Shown here: positions 10,388 to 22,003 of the stretch, in pieces | How the letters are laid out: the number at the start of each line of letters is the position of its first letter | How positions within the stretch are numbered: position 1 is the first letter of the stretch | DNA from: Macrostomum lignano | Taxonomy: Eukaryota | NCBI GenBank assembly: GCA_002269645.1 | Contig: NIVC01002701.1 | Location: forward strand, 84,834 to 148,833 | Direction of reading: 5' to 3' | DNA length: 64,000 nt | The notes under the pieces: generated by a model | Databases searched by the model: none | What the model was told of the DNA's origin: nothing | What the model saw: the letters and a program-made list of their open reading frames with translations, nothing else | Program-made: the position numbers and the translations under genes

Positions 10388-10650
10388 ATAGTACGAGCTA
10401 GCTATGACCAATACTAGCTATGACCAATACTAGGCTATGACCAATACTAGGCTATGACCAATACTAGCTATGACCAATACTAGCTATGACCAATACTTGC
10501 TATGACCAATACTTGCTGTGACCAATACTAGCTATGACCAATACTAGCTATGACCAATACTTGCTATGACCAACACTAGCTATGACCAATACTAGGCTAT
10601 GACCAATACTTGCTATGACCAATGCTAGCTATGACTAATAATAGCTACGT
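10388..10650. repeat. 16-17-bp minisatellite (CTATGACCAATACTAG)n in globin intron 1
   Basis: About 15 visible copies. Confidence 0.9.
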
Positions 10651-10699
10651 ATGACCAATAATATGCCCAACCCATCGCGATAAATACCTGTTCCCTTAC

Positions 10700-10890
10700 C
10701 TGGTAAACATGAGCACTCCAGCGCCACGCAGGTCATCGCACAGTATGGCCCAAGTCTCTCTAACCAGGCCAATCTGTGACTCCGTAAGGTAATCGCCGAT
10801 TTGATCGTCCAGATTCTGCTTAGCGGTCCTTGGCGCCGGGCGAGACGAAGCGCCGTTCGAAGCGGCCTGAGTAACGCAAGCGCAGCCCAT
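10700..10890 (-). CDS. Globin exon 1 with N-terminal acylation motif (globin X-like, membrane-anchored type)
   Basis: MGCACV... followed by A/B helices (LTESQIGLVRETWAIL...GVLMFTR); phase-2 AG|GTAAG donor at 10700/10699. Confidence 0.88.
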
Positions 10891-11265
10891 GTCTTCTTTA
10901 CCTAGGATAAGTTTGAACGGTCTGTCAGACTGCTGATATTAAAGCAGAATTCGCAATGACTCAGAGATTGGTTGCGGGTCTGTCTGCAGTCGCATTGGCT
11001 GCTGGGGTGGTAGGGCAACTCATCATTAATATCTTTCCTCTTCCCCTAGGGATTAGGCCATCCTTTTTAGTTCTCTACTCGAACTTACACGCATTCTCTC
11101 CTGCTTAAAGATCGAATCAATACGAAAAGTGCTTTAAGTACTTCTTGTAAAAGGATGGCTAGAAAGTATAGATCTCTAGTGAGTGATAAGTTTGGACAAT
11201 CAAGTTTCTGTTAAAATGGGTCTCCTGTCGTTTCTGCCAACCTTTTTCACTTAATGATGCTCTTA

Positions 11266-11425
11266 GTGGGCGCCCCTGTCTCTTGGTGGGCGGCCCTGTC
11301 TCTTGGAGGGCGGCCTTGTCTCTTGGAGGGCGCCCCTGTCTCTTGGTGTGGCACCCCTGTCTCTCGGTGGGCGCCCCTGTCTCTCGGTGTGGCACCCCCT
11401 GTTTCTTGGGGTGGCGCTCCTGTCT
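11266..11425. repeat. ~20-bp GC-rich tandem repeat (GGGCGCCCCTGTCTCTTGGT)
   Basis: About 8 degenerate copies. Confidence 0.75.
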
Positions 11426-11595
11426 CTTACAAGGATAACTCAAGTAGAAAGCCGGGAAACTACGCTTCCTGAAACACTTTAGGAGGCAGGTCCTATCAAA
11501 AAGATGATCATTGGGTCTGCCTTCTATCAAAAGCAATTAACAAATATGCTGGAAAAAATGAAAACATCCATTCTCCGTAGTGTATTTTTTTCAGT

Positions 11596-13963
11596 CAGGG
11601 ACAACTAAAACCCTCGGGACGCGAAACGAGCCAATTCATGGCAAAGAATCTGAGGGGCTCGCTTAAAAGTATTGTACCATGACCTTTGTGCCCGCTGGGC
11701 ACTTATTCTTGCCTTTTAATGCCATTAAACGGCGCCCTCTGATTTTCCCATTAACGCCCTTAAAGCATGGGTATTACTATTATTGTGCCATAGACATTTT
11801 TGTCCTTGACAAAGTGGAACAAAATTAGCGGGCAGTTAGTGACATTAACTGCCCGCTAATTTGCATTAAAGTAAGTTTGAAATAGACAATCGGGCGTTAA
11901 ATGTCATTAACTGCCCGCTAATTTGAATTAAAGTACGTTAAAATTGCTTTAGCTGCGGCCAGCAGTGAAGCTAAGCTGAACTACATCAAGAGAAGCATTT
12001 TTTATTCACTTGATGAAATGCCAAGAAAGTGCAGCGTATGTCCGTGCTCGTCAAATTACAACTCTGAAGCCGTTCGAACACGGATATTTGCGTTTCCCAG
12101 AGATCCACAGGAGCGAGAGCGATGGAGAAAGGCGCTGCCAAATATTCTCCAGGTAAGAAACCAGATCATTTGCTGTCATTTCTGCTGCATAATTCCGCTT
12201 CAATTCTGCATGCCAGTCTCGTCCAAACAACTTGAAACCCAAAATTTATTATTTTAGAGAGTGACTGACAATATGGGCGTGTGCGTAAAGCATTGGCCAA
12301 GCGATGCTCCAATGGTCAAGAAAAACTCTACCGAAAGGCCAATTAATCCTCCTTCTGTTTTTAATGGAGTTCCTAGCTCGTGTTTTGTTCAGAACCAAGG
12401 TACGTAACTTAAAGATTGCTCAACACTTAGCGTCTATATCGATTTTGCCGCTCACAATTATCTTACTTTTATTTTTACTCTTATTTTAGACCAGGACCGA
12501 CAGGCCGAAAAGCGCGGTGTTCTTTCTGACGCGAGGTGCGGCGACATCGATGAGATGTACGCTTTTCAGCTGCTTGATTTTTTGCCAGCATGGGAAAGTT
12601 TTCGAGCTGAGGTGAAAAATTCGGATGTCGTATCTCGACATGCACTGAACACAGCTATTCTGAACGAAGACGTTTACTTGTTTACGTTAGATAAAGATGG
12701 AGACTTGTCTATTCGAATTTTTGTCTCACCCAACTTTCTGATTCGTGCATTCAAACTGCATACACCGATTTCGGTTCGAGACTTGTTGGGATTTCAACCG
12801 ACACTTAAGCGCTGGTCGCAACTGGATGCTGTTGTCGTGCGGTGCAAACATTCCGACGCCAATCCCCAACGTGAAGTCGAAGCGTTTGTTAGTAGAATCA
12901 GTGATGATATAGATTCTGACTCTGATTTGGATCCGTCGCTTCAGTTTTTGATTCGACAACTTAGCCTTACATTAGTAAATCGGAACAATCGCCGCTATGA
13001 CATTTCACTAGTGCGACAGTCAGCATTGCTCTACTTGATCAGTAGTTCGGCTTACTCTTACCTACGGAAGCTATTGCCATTGCCTCATCCCCGAACGCTG
13101 CAGCTGCAACTAGCAGGTACAGGAGAAGTTGGCACAGAAACCGACGCAGCCGATGTGATCCAGTCAGTTTTTGCTAGTCTATCAGGAGCTCAGCGAAACT
13201 GCGTAATTATGTTTGACGAAATGTACATACAACCGTCCGTTCGATATCGATGCCGTCACCTTCTGGGTCGAGCCGTCGACGATCCGGACGAGGTTGCTAG
13301 GACAATTTTGGCCATAATGGTAAAGCCATTACTTGGTAGAAAACCGTTTGTAGTCCGACTATTGCCGACAACATTTTGTCTGCGGAGTTTCTGCGAAAAT
13401 GCGTCAGCCAATGTATTAAAGCAATTAACAACAACGGTGGCCGTGTCGTTGCTCTCGTCAGCGACAATCACCCTACCAACCGCAAGTGTTTTGCTTTATT
13501 TAGCAATGGAAGAGAGAAGCCATGGATTGGAACGGATGCTGCACAGGAGTCGGAATTCTTCATTCCTTTATGTACGAGCTACTGACTGTTTGTGTCGTCT
13601 TGCCCTTGGAGTTCCGTATTTGCTTCTATTTTCTTGCCGTTGGAGTTTCATCTTCGCTTTCATCCTTTATCTTCTTGCCGTTGGAGTTATATCTTTGCTT
13701 TCATCTTTTATCTTCTTGCCGTTGGAGTTTTTTTGTTGCTATGGCGGTTACTTTATTGTAAATACATTGTAGTTATATCACTGGTTCCTATTCTTTAAAT
13801 TAGATACTCGACATTGCCTCGCTTTACTATTTAATCTAACCGTTAATGCCTGATAGCAGAGAAGACTTCAAAAAAGCCATAGAACAATACTTTTAGGCGA
13901 GCCTCTCAGATTTTTTGCCAGGAATTGGCTCGTTTCGCGTCCCGAGGGTTTTAGTTGTCCCTG
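11596..13963 (+). mobile_element. P-superfamily (THAP) DNA transposon, internally deleted
   Basis: ~80-bp TIRs starting CAGGGACAACTAAAACCC (outer 42 bp perfect, 4 mismatches further in); 8-bp TSD TTTTCAGT at 11588-11595 and 13964-13971; THAP-transposase coding inside. Confidence 0.92.
12018..13585 (+). pseudogene. THAP-domain P-type transposase with two introns (12153-12257, 12400-12489); frameshifted and truncated
   Basis: Spliced product MPRKCSVCPC...FAFP...RWRKAL...VCVKHW...PSVF (C2CH THAP), then LPHPRTL, IMFDEMYI and, after a frameshift, VALVSDNHPTNR. The C-terminal catalytic half is missing. Confidence 0.85.
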
Positions 13964-14561
13964 TTTTCAGTAAAATCTGCCTCCAAAAATTTCCCAAGAA
14001 ACGTATTTTCCTGTTCTTTTATTTGAGTAGTCCTTGGTCTCTTATTGGGCGTCCTAAATTCTCTTGGTGGGGGGGCCTCGACCCCTCAGAGTGCGCCCCA
14101 GAGTTAGGACTCAATGTTACGCTTCTTTTGGACATCTGTTATGTACTTTTACGCGGATAATTGGCGCATTTAGCTACTGGATTAGTGCAATTATGCAGAT
14201 AGAGAAGTGCAAGGCAGGCCATTATCATCTTGTTGACAGAAATTTTTGTTTTTAAAATCTCAATTGTACGAGTATGGAGCATCTCTGGTACAGACAGCTG
14301 TCGCTTCAATCAGGACCCCGGACTTTGATTCTTTGATGTGTGCCGCCTCTTCCGTACGACTGCAGAGCAACACACCGGCATCCAGTTTCTTTCAGGCTTT
14401 CAACAATTTTTTTGAATCCTAAATTTATAAATAGAGGCTTTTTAAATCTTTGAGTACGTCACGCACTCGACAGAGCCTTGGTGATCGAGACTGAAGTGGA
14501 AGGACGCCTTGCTCTTGTAAATTCGTGCTAACTTTCGATAGATGCTGCGGTGTCCGCGGTA

Positions 14562-15222
14562 GTGACGCTCTGTCTATACGGTTTATATGGACACGAACAG
14601 GTGCAGTGACGCTCTGTCTGTAGGATTTACATGGACACGAACAGGTGCAGTGACGCTCTGTCTATACGGTTTATATGGACACGAACAGGTGCAGTGACGC
14701 TCTGTCTGTAGGATTTACATGGACACGAACAGGTGCAGTGACGCTCTGTCTATACGGTTTATATGGACACGAACAGGTGCAGTGACGCTCTGTCTGTAGG
14801 ATTTACATGGACACGAACAGGTGTAGTGACGCTCTGTCTATACGGTTTATATGGACACGAACAGGTGCAGTGACGCTCTGTCTGTAGGATTTACATGGAC
14901 ACGAACAGGTGCAGTGACGCTCTTTCTATACGGTTTATATGGACACGAACAGGTGCAGTGACGCTCTGTCTATACGGTTTATATGGACACGAACAGGTGT
15001 AGTGACGCTCTTTCTAAAGGGTTTATATGGACACGAACAGGTGTAGTGACGCTCTGTCTGTAGGATTTACATGGACACGAACAGGTGCAGTGACGCTCTG
15101 TCTGTAGGATTTACATGGACACGAGCAGGTGTAGTGACGCTCTGTCTGTAGGATTTATATGGACACGAACAGGTGTAGTGAGCTCTGTCTGTAGGATTTA
15201 TATGGACACGAACAGGTGTAGT
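14562..15222. repeat. 44-bp minisatellite (GTGACGCTCTGTCTATACGGTTTATATGGACACGAACAGGTGCA), ~15 copies
   Basis: Period 44 measured at 14562/14606; two variants alternate. Confidence 0.93.
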
Positions 15223-15469
15223 GTCTGTAGCTTGTATTTATACGAAATCGGTTAAACTATAAATAATGAAACACATCTACTCCTTTTGAAGGCTCACAGA
15301 GAAGAGACCTTTTAGTGCAAAGGCTGTTCTGATAGAGACATAGAGCAGTGTGTACCCTGCCGCACTTTAAGGGACATTGTCACACAATCGGTGAGGCATT
15401 GTAGTGTCCATTTCGCCGAGTCGAGATTCCAATTTACGAGTAGCCCCAAAATTAAAGAGACTGCACTTA

Positions 15470-15520
15470 AAATCAGCACATACGGAGAGCGCCGCGCTAC
15501 ACCACTAGGCTACTGCCCAA
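15470..15520 (-). mobile_element. Possible tRNA-derived SINE head fragment
   Basis: Minus strand GGGCAGTAGCCTAGTGGTGTAGCGCG resembles a tRNA 5' half/A box; no B box seen. Confidence 0.3.
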
Positions 15521-15715
15521 TTCAACCATAGACAAGTTCGCAGTTATAATTTTCCTGATTGTTTATTTGAAAGACCAACGCTACCCCGGCATGCTGAATG
15601 AAGCATCAAGCTCAGAATCAGTCACTAACTGAATGCAAACAGCGGTTGCACCAAATCTGACAGGCTGAACTCCCAGGCTAGTGAGTGCCTGGCAGTCCTG
15701 CAAGTCCGGCAGCGG

Positions 15716-18700
15716 ATGAGTCAGCAGTCGGACTCTCGGTCCCGGCCGGTCTGGTCGCGTCAACGGCTTCCACGTCGGTTGGGCGACAGTCTCACCCGCG
15801 TTCGCCGCCAGTTTGCCAGCCTGCGTCGCCGATTCAGCTCGAACTGTTCCAGTAGTCGAACTGGCGCGGGCGATCGGGGTCTTCATTGGTCGCGTCGGTC
15901 GGAATCGCCAGCCTCTTTTTCAATCAGCGGCGTCACCGAATCAACTTCCAGATTGGATCGAAGCTTCAACAGTTGCCAAGGTAACAATAACGATAGAAGC
16001 GTTGAACTTGAACTTAACTGCAGCGGGCGAGTCTACGCGCCGAAAACTTGCCTAAAAAATCGATCAAACAATGTTTCTACCGTTGGAGCGACACGACAGT
16101 CGGCGGTCCCGGTGACCATCGCCAAGGTGATGATGCCGACGCTCAGCCGAGACAGCGTCAGCGGCGATGCCGACAGCGGCCGCAACTGCCCGGCCTACGT
16201 GCCGGCCAACGCGCTGAAAAATGTGACGCCACTTCGTCGAGTGTGGATGCCGCCTGCGCCTACAAGGCCCAGCGTCTCCAACCCACTGTATCGACGTCAG
16301 TCTCGCCAAATGAGCGTCGCCACAACGGGAAATTTCGCCTTCAATGGTGGCACAACCTCAGAGATCATCGAGGTGGCGGTCTACGCGGCCACGTCCTCTT
16401 CCTCAAGCAGCGAGGAGATGATCACCACAGGGGGCGTCTGCCTGCACGAATTGAGTGACATCGTGTCGGAGGAGCAGATCCACGTAGGCTTGGAGATGCT
16501 GGACGGCGACAGCAACTCGGAGGCTTCGCTACCGCAGGAGCCGGAGCCGGAGCCGCCGTTGCCACCGCCACCTCCGCCACCCACGCCGCCACCGCCGCAG
16601 CAGCCGCCACCACCGCCACCACCGCCGAAACAGGAGCAGCCGGTTGGTACAACCGACGCAGCGGGTGACGGAGGCGGCGGCGGTGGCGGAGGCTGCTGCG
16701 GCTGCGGCAAGTCCAGCAAAGTCAAGCGAGTATCGGAGAAGACCGAGCCAGACAAACCCGAGGCTGAAGAAGTCACTGAAGTGTCAGCAGTTTCCGACAG
16801 TCAGCTTGCCGATGACGAGGAACAGTTGATTGTGTCCCAGCGGTCACTGCCGCCAGTTGTCGAAGAAGAGTCGACAGCCTCTGCTGTAAGCATCGCCACG
16901 CCGACAGTGGACACCGCAGCTGGAGGCAGCGACGGCAGCAGCATCCAGCTGATTGCCGAAACGCCTCGGCCAACATCGTCCGACTCGGCGCAGAACTTCA
17001 GCGGCTCCACAGAAGGTAGCGACGAGGAACTCGAAGTCGGCATTGACAACGCAATGGCAGCTCTTACTCCGATCAGAAAGGTCAGCCAAGTTGAGACACT
17101 CCCGTACCAATCTACTAAGCCGTCTATGACGTCCAACCCGCATTCGCCTCCCAGCGGGCCGCGGCATTTTGCAAACAAATTCGCTGCGATCAGTTTGGCC
17201 CAGCAGCAGCGGCAGCAACTGCTGTTGGACTCTTCCAGCACCAATTCGGAGGAGAGCTGCCAGCCGTTGGTGATTGCCGGGGTCAGGTTTAACAGTGTCA
17301 GCAACACTGTCAGCAACGATAGCAACAGCATGAGCAAAAGCAGCAGCACCAACAGTAGCACTTGGCTCACACAAGAGCTGGAAGTCTCCATAGCGGGTCT
17401 TCTGGAGACTCCAAAACAGTCGCCGCAGTATCTGAACTCGCTTACCTTCGAATCGACAGGCAGCAGCAGCGACGAAAGTACACGGCTTACATTAATCTCA
17501 GAAGTGCCCAGGCAGGATTCGATATCATCCAGTTCGGAAGCCTTCTCCTGGTCGGTTGAAGAGGTGCATGTTGGCAGCGGCAACAACTGCTTAGCGGCTC
17601 TTGGACCCGTCCGCAAGCAGGAGTGGGAGGTGCTGGCTCCGGTGCAGACTCGGCAGCAGAATGTTCGCTATAGGACGTCGAGTCTAGCCAAGCAGGACGG
17701 CACGCCGGCAGGCGGACGGCACTGCAGCTACAGCACCAACACGATGCCCTCGGATGGCACCGCGGAGCGTTCGATTGACAGCTCCAGTCAGCTGCTGTCG
17801 CTGTTAAATCGGCACCGACAGCGACGTCCCCGACTGCAGCAGCAGTGCTGGTCGAGTTCAACGAGCAGTCGGCGCAGCAGACGCAGACAATCAGACGGCT
17901 TGGAGCGACAGCAGGCGGCGCAGCTGGCGGACAGCCGATGCCTGACCATTCGAGCGCCAGTCGGTGCCATCACGGACGCTGCGCTGAGAAAGCTGGACCT
18001 CACAACCGCAATGCGCAGCTGCTCGCTGTGCCCTGTGGACAACCTGCCGCCTCTAGTTAACAACGCGGCTGCCACGGCGTCCGCCTTGCCAACGCTTGAA
18101 CGCGAAGCCGTTAGCAGCTCGCGACTTGAATCGTCAATTGTGTTCCAGCTGGCCAGTAGAATCCTGGACGATCGTAGCAGCTTCAGCAGCGGCGGCGGCC
18201 AACGACGCAGCGAGGACAACGACCCGGACAACCCTCTAGGCAGGCCAATGTTGGTTGTCAGCGACGACAGGAGCTCGTGGCGAGCCCGAGAGCAGACACT
18301 CTGCTTAATCCAATCGCCGCCGCTGATCATGCAGGCTCGCAGTGTTCAGTGCTCCATGGGCGATCGGCTGCAGCGGTTGCAACGCTCGCAGAGGCTGCGA
18401 ATTCATCAGTACCTGCTGCCTCAGTCAGGCCCGCCGCTACAGCAGTCGGCGATCTGCTATGGCGTTGAGAAACAACTGTCCGAGCTCGCTACAGTTTCCT
18501 ACGAAGGCGACGGCTGCAGTCGCTCTCCGGCTATCGCCTTCGCGGCCGGCAGTCGAATCATGGTGGAATTTGTGTCCCTCCTGGCTATCGACTGGCTAAA
18601 GCTTAGCCGAGCCGCGCTGTTCTTGGCGCCTATCAGTCTGCACCGAGACGACACGGGCAGGATGGGCGCCGCGTCTGCGAAATTGGCAGCAAGAGAAACC

Positions 18701-19567
18701 GCAGTTTTCAGCGGCAGTGTCGGAAGCGGCAGCGGAAACGCCTTGCGTCACGGCCCGTTGGAGCCGCAACTTCTACTGGCCTGCGACTTCATCGCTGGCA
18801 CCCTGGAGCCGGCGATGAGCACCAAGTTTGCTCTGGCGGCAGCCGCGGCGCCGCATCCGCAGGTTGGCCAGCGGAACAACTGGAACGCGTCAAATAACTC
18901 AGCTGACCGGAGTCTCGACCGCTGCCGTCGGCTTCTCGCCCGGCTGCTTCACCGTTCGATCTCGTCGTGCTCGGCCTCTTCTTCCTCGTCCGCCTCGTCT
19001 GCGCCGAACACGATGACGTCATCTTCGCTCAGACGGGTGGTCAATTTGACTGGTCGTCGAGTAGCGGAAATGTCGGCGCAGCCATGCAGCCGGAGCTACT
19101 GCCAGGCCGCGCTGCACACTTCGTTGCTGATTTTCGATTCGGACTCGAGTGGCGGCGGCAGAGCAGACAGCCGCAGCGTCTGCCACAACAACAACAACAA
19201 CGCTGACAGCGATGAGCCAATCTACATGAGCCACCCCGATCGTCGGACCACCTACTTTGCTCGACGTTGCGTCGCCAAAATCGAGGAGAGCGCGGCGATC
19301 GTCATCCAGGAGACGCCTAGCCGGCCGGCCGAAGCAATGGCGGTCACCACCGTCCGATCGCAGCGTCGGGCGGTCGAACGGCTGGCTAGGACTCGGCCGG
19401 AGCTGCTATGGCCTCCGCCAATCGCCGGCTGTCAGCGAATGCTCAGCCTGTTGGATGAAACGGTGGCGAGCTTCATCTGGTGGAGCCTGCTGCCGCTTCG
19501 TCGGGACCGCGGAGGCGTAGAAACGCTGGCCACTAAGCGAATCCGCGACGCTAGTCGCAAGCGATGA
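15716..19567 (+). CDS. Single-exon 1283-aa Ser/Pro/Gln-rich protein of unknown function
   Basis: 3.85-kb stop-free GC-rich ORF ending abruptly at AT-rich 3' sequence; no domain recognised. Confidence 0.6.
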   Translation: MSQQSDSRSRPVWSRQRLPRRLGDSLTRVRRQFASLRRRFSSNCSSSRTGAGDRGLHWSRRSESPASFSISGVTESTSRLDRSFNSCQGNNNDRSVELELNCSGRVYAPKTCLKNRSNNVSTVGATRQSAVPVTIAKVMMPTLSRDSVSGDADSGRNCPAYVPANALKNVTPLRRVWMPPAPTRPSVSNPLYRRQSRQMSVATTGNFAFNGGTTSEIIEVAVYAATSSSSSSEEMITTGGVCLHELSDIVSEEQIHVGLEMLDGDSNSEASLPQEPEPEPPLPPPPPPPTPPPPQQPPPPPPPPKQEQPVGTTDAAGDGGGGGGGGCCGCGKSSKVKRVSEKTEPDKPEAEEVTEVSAVSDSQLADDEEQLIVSQRSLPPVVEEESTASAVSIATPTVDTAAGGSDGSSIQLIAETPRPTSSDSAQNFSGSTEGSDEELEVGIDNAMAALTPIRKVSQVETLPYQSTKPSMTSNPHSPPSGPRHFANKFAAISLAQQQRQQLLLDSSSTNSEESCQPLVIAGVRFNSVSNTVSNDSNSMSKSSSTNSSTWLTQELEVSIAGLLETPKQSPQYLNSLTFESTGSSSDESTRLTLISEVPRQDSISSSSEAFSWSVEEVHVGSGNNCLAALGPVRKQEWEVLAPVQTRQQNVRYRTSSLAKQDGTPAGGRHCSYSTNTMPSDGTAERSIDSSSQLLSLLNRHRQRRPRLQQQCWSSSTSSRRSRRRQSDGLERQQAAQLADSRCLTIRAPVGAITDAALRKLDLTTAMRSCSLCPVDNLPPLVNNAAATASALPTLEREAVSSSRLESSIVFQLASRILDDRSSFSSGGGQRRSEDNDPDNPLGRPMLVVSDDRSSWRAREQTLCLIQSPPLIMQARSVQCSMGDRLQRLQRSQRLRIHQYLLPQSGPPLQQSAICYGVEKQLSELATVSYEGDGCSRSPAIAFAAGSRIMVEFVSLLAIDWLKLSRAALFLAPISLHRDDTGRMGAASAKLAARETAVFSGSVGSGSGNALRHGPLEPQLLLACDFIAGTLEPAMSTKFALAAAAAPHPQVGQRNNWNASNNSADRSLDRCRRLLARLLHRSISSCSASSSSSASSAPNTMTSSSLRRVVNLTGRRVAEMSAQPCSRSYCQAALHTSLLIFDSDSSGGGRADSRSVCHNNNNNADSDEPIYMSHPDRRTTYFARRCVAKIEESAAIVIQETPSRPAEAMAVTTVRSQRRAVERLARTRPELLWPPPIAGCQRMLSLLDETVASFIWWSLLPLRRDRGGVETLATKRIRDASRKR

Positions 19568-20243
19568 CGTCATCGCTAGTATATTATTTTGTTTAAATTT
19601 CCACTATATATATTACTGCGCTTTCATTCTAATAATTTGTAAGCCAAGACAGACTTGGCAACTAATCTGTATGGAGCAGATTTACGTTGATCAAATGGAA
19701 AAATATATATTTATTAAAGTCTGAGTGTATCTTATTTATGGCCTTCTCCTGAAAGTATAGAGTTTACTGGTTTGAAAAATCTTGTTGAATGTCTGGAAGG
19801 TTAATTGGCATGAGCTCATTGGGACATGCGAGTAGTACGTCGCTAAGACATTTAGCTATGTCGCTATTGGTATTAAAAATATGAAAATACTTTCTGAGGC
19901 TGAATTTTCCTAATTAATTGCACAATAGATTTTAGTAAAGATTTTAGTAATTTTATAACACGAGCCATATAGTTAATTTGTGAATTATTTAAAATTTCGG
20001 ACACATTTTTTAAAGCCAAAAAAATCATTGATAAATGACACAGCCTGACAAATGTAAAATGAGTTTCTTGTTTCTTAGACTCTTAGAAATTTAGTTTTGC
20101 ACAATCAATCAAGCCATCAAGGGGTCACTTGATATAAAAAAATGAAGATTTGATCTGCTATTTTTGTGCTAAAAATAGAATGGTCCCATCTCCTATCTAA
20201 GCAGCGTATTTTAGCGTAACTCGTGAATCCAGCCCAAAATATA

Positions 20244-20881
20244 CTCAGCAACAGTCAAAAGCTCCACCCCACTAAGCGAGATGATTTTTTCACTTATTGC
20301 GAGTGACGCAACCTACGGCACGCGCAAAGCTTATTGCCGCTTGGGGGTGGCTTGGGTCTGCTTAATGGTCCAGGCCTGGACATTATGCAGACCCAAGCCC
20401 AGGAACAACGCCCCGCCACACCAAGCCGATGCTGTTAGTCAACTGAAGGAACAGCTACAGCTGCGCACTCTGCGCTGGCCTTCCCGGTCCCCAGACATGA
20501 ATCCCATCGAGCATGTCTGGGACTTCCTAAAACGTAGCATTCGAAAAGAGAATCCACCATAGAATGTTGCGGAGAGCTCTGCGTCATGCCATTGAAAACG
20601 CTTTGGAGCGGCTTCCCCAGGACTTTCTGCGCCGCCTCATCATTGGGATGCCCCGCAGAGTCGTCGCACTTCTGCGTGCGAGGGGATCCCACAGGCATCG
20701 CGATTCTAACTGAATATTGCATAAAAAATTCTGATTTTGTGCGACTGACGTTTACTACGAGTATTGATAGTCAATCAACTTTCCCCCTTCCTCGCGGCGG
20801 CTTAGTTGCGTAACTTGAGGGTTGAATTGTGAGTGTGAAATTTTCGCAATTTGGAGGGTGGAACTTTTGACTGACGCTGAG
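20244..20881 (+). mobile_element. Tc1/mariner internally deleted derivative (~640 bp)
   Basis: TIRs CTCAGCAACAGTCAAAAGCTCCACCC / GGGTGGAACTTTTGACTGACGCTGAG flanked by TA; retains NAPPH...WPSRSPDMNPIEHVWD of the DDE core. Confidence 0.9.
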
Positions 20882-21294
20882 TATATTAGTCATTTCTTAG
20901 AAAATCTTTTTTTGAAACTTCTACTCACGCATGGAAAACTGCAGTATGGGATGCTAGGTTAGTTTTTCTTAGAAATGAGCCGGAGTCTCGTAAGGAATGA
21001 ATAGTTGTTAGCATGCTTCTTAGCAGGAGCGTCGCAATTAATTTTTATGGTTTGGGGGACAAAGCCCAAGAATTTTACAAGACTAAATTCCTCCGTGTAC
21101 ATTATTTTGAGAATCGGTGTATATTTAGCACTCTGTTGTGATTTAGTGATTCAACTAGCAATCTTCGCCCCCGTTGGGGGACATCTGTATAGAATCTCTG
21201 TTCTCTACAAGTAACAAAAAGATAGCGAAATAAAGCCTTCAAAAAGAAAACAGACAAAATACTCAAATGAAGTGCAATGCAAAAAGAAATCATC

Positions 21295-21781
21295 CCAAGA
21301 CAGCAAGCATCCCCCAGATAGCAAGCATCCCCAAGATTGCAAGCATCCCCCGGATAGCAAGCATCCCCCAGATAGTAAGCATCCCCCAGATAGCAAGCAT
21401 CCCCAGATAGCAAGCATCCCCCAGATAGCAAGCATCCCCCAGATAGCAAGCATCCCCCAGATAGCAAGCAATACCCAAGATAGCAAGCATCCCCCAGATA
21501 ACAAGCATCCCCAGATAGCAAGCATCCCCCAGATAGCAAGCATCCCCCAGATAGCAAGCATCCCCCAGATAGCAAGCATCCCCAAGATAGCAAGCATCCC
21601 CCAGATAGCAAGCATCCCCAAGATAGCAAGCATCTCCCAGATAGCAAGCATCCCCCAGATAGCAAGCATCCCCCAGATAGCAAGCATCCCCCAGATAGCA
21701 AGCATCCCCCCGATAGCAAGCATCCCCCAGATAGCAAGCATCCCCCAGATAGCAAGCATCCCCCCGATAGCAAGCATCCCG
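21295..21781. repeat. 18-19-bp minisatellite (CCCCAGATAGCAAGCATC)n
   Basis: About 26 copies; source of several spurious ORFs. Confidence 0.93.
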
Positions 21782-22003
21782 CCGCATTTCGGCGCCGCAG
21801 ACATTCCTAAGAAACTTAAGCTGAATAAAAGACACGTTAAGTTACCAACTGTAAGTAGTTCATCATCGCATCAACGATTGTACTTGGGACTACACGCTAC
21901 GAACTCGTAAATTGAAACTTCAATAGAAATGTAATTTTTACATAATTTTAAAATATGATCTATTAAAGTTGATCTAATTTAGCTGTCTGTCCAGCTGGTT
22001 CGG

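Noticed and set aside
21102-21910. ORFs of 180-220 aa (CLLSGG, IASIPQ)
   Set aside because: Products of the 18-19-bp minisatellite.
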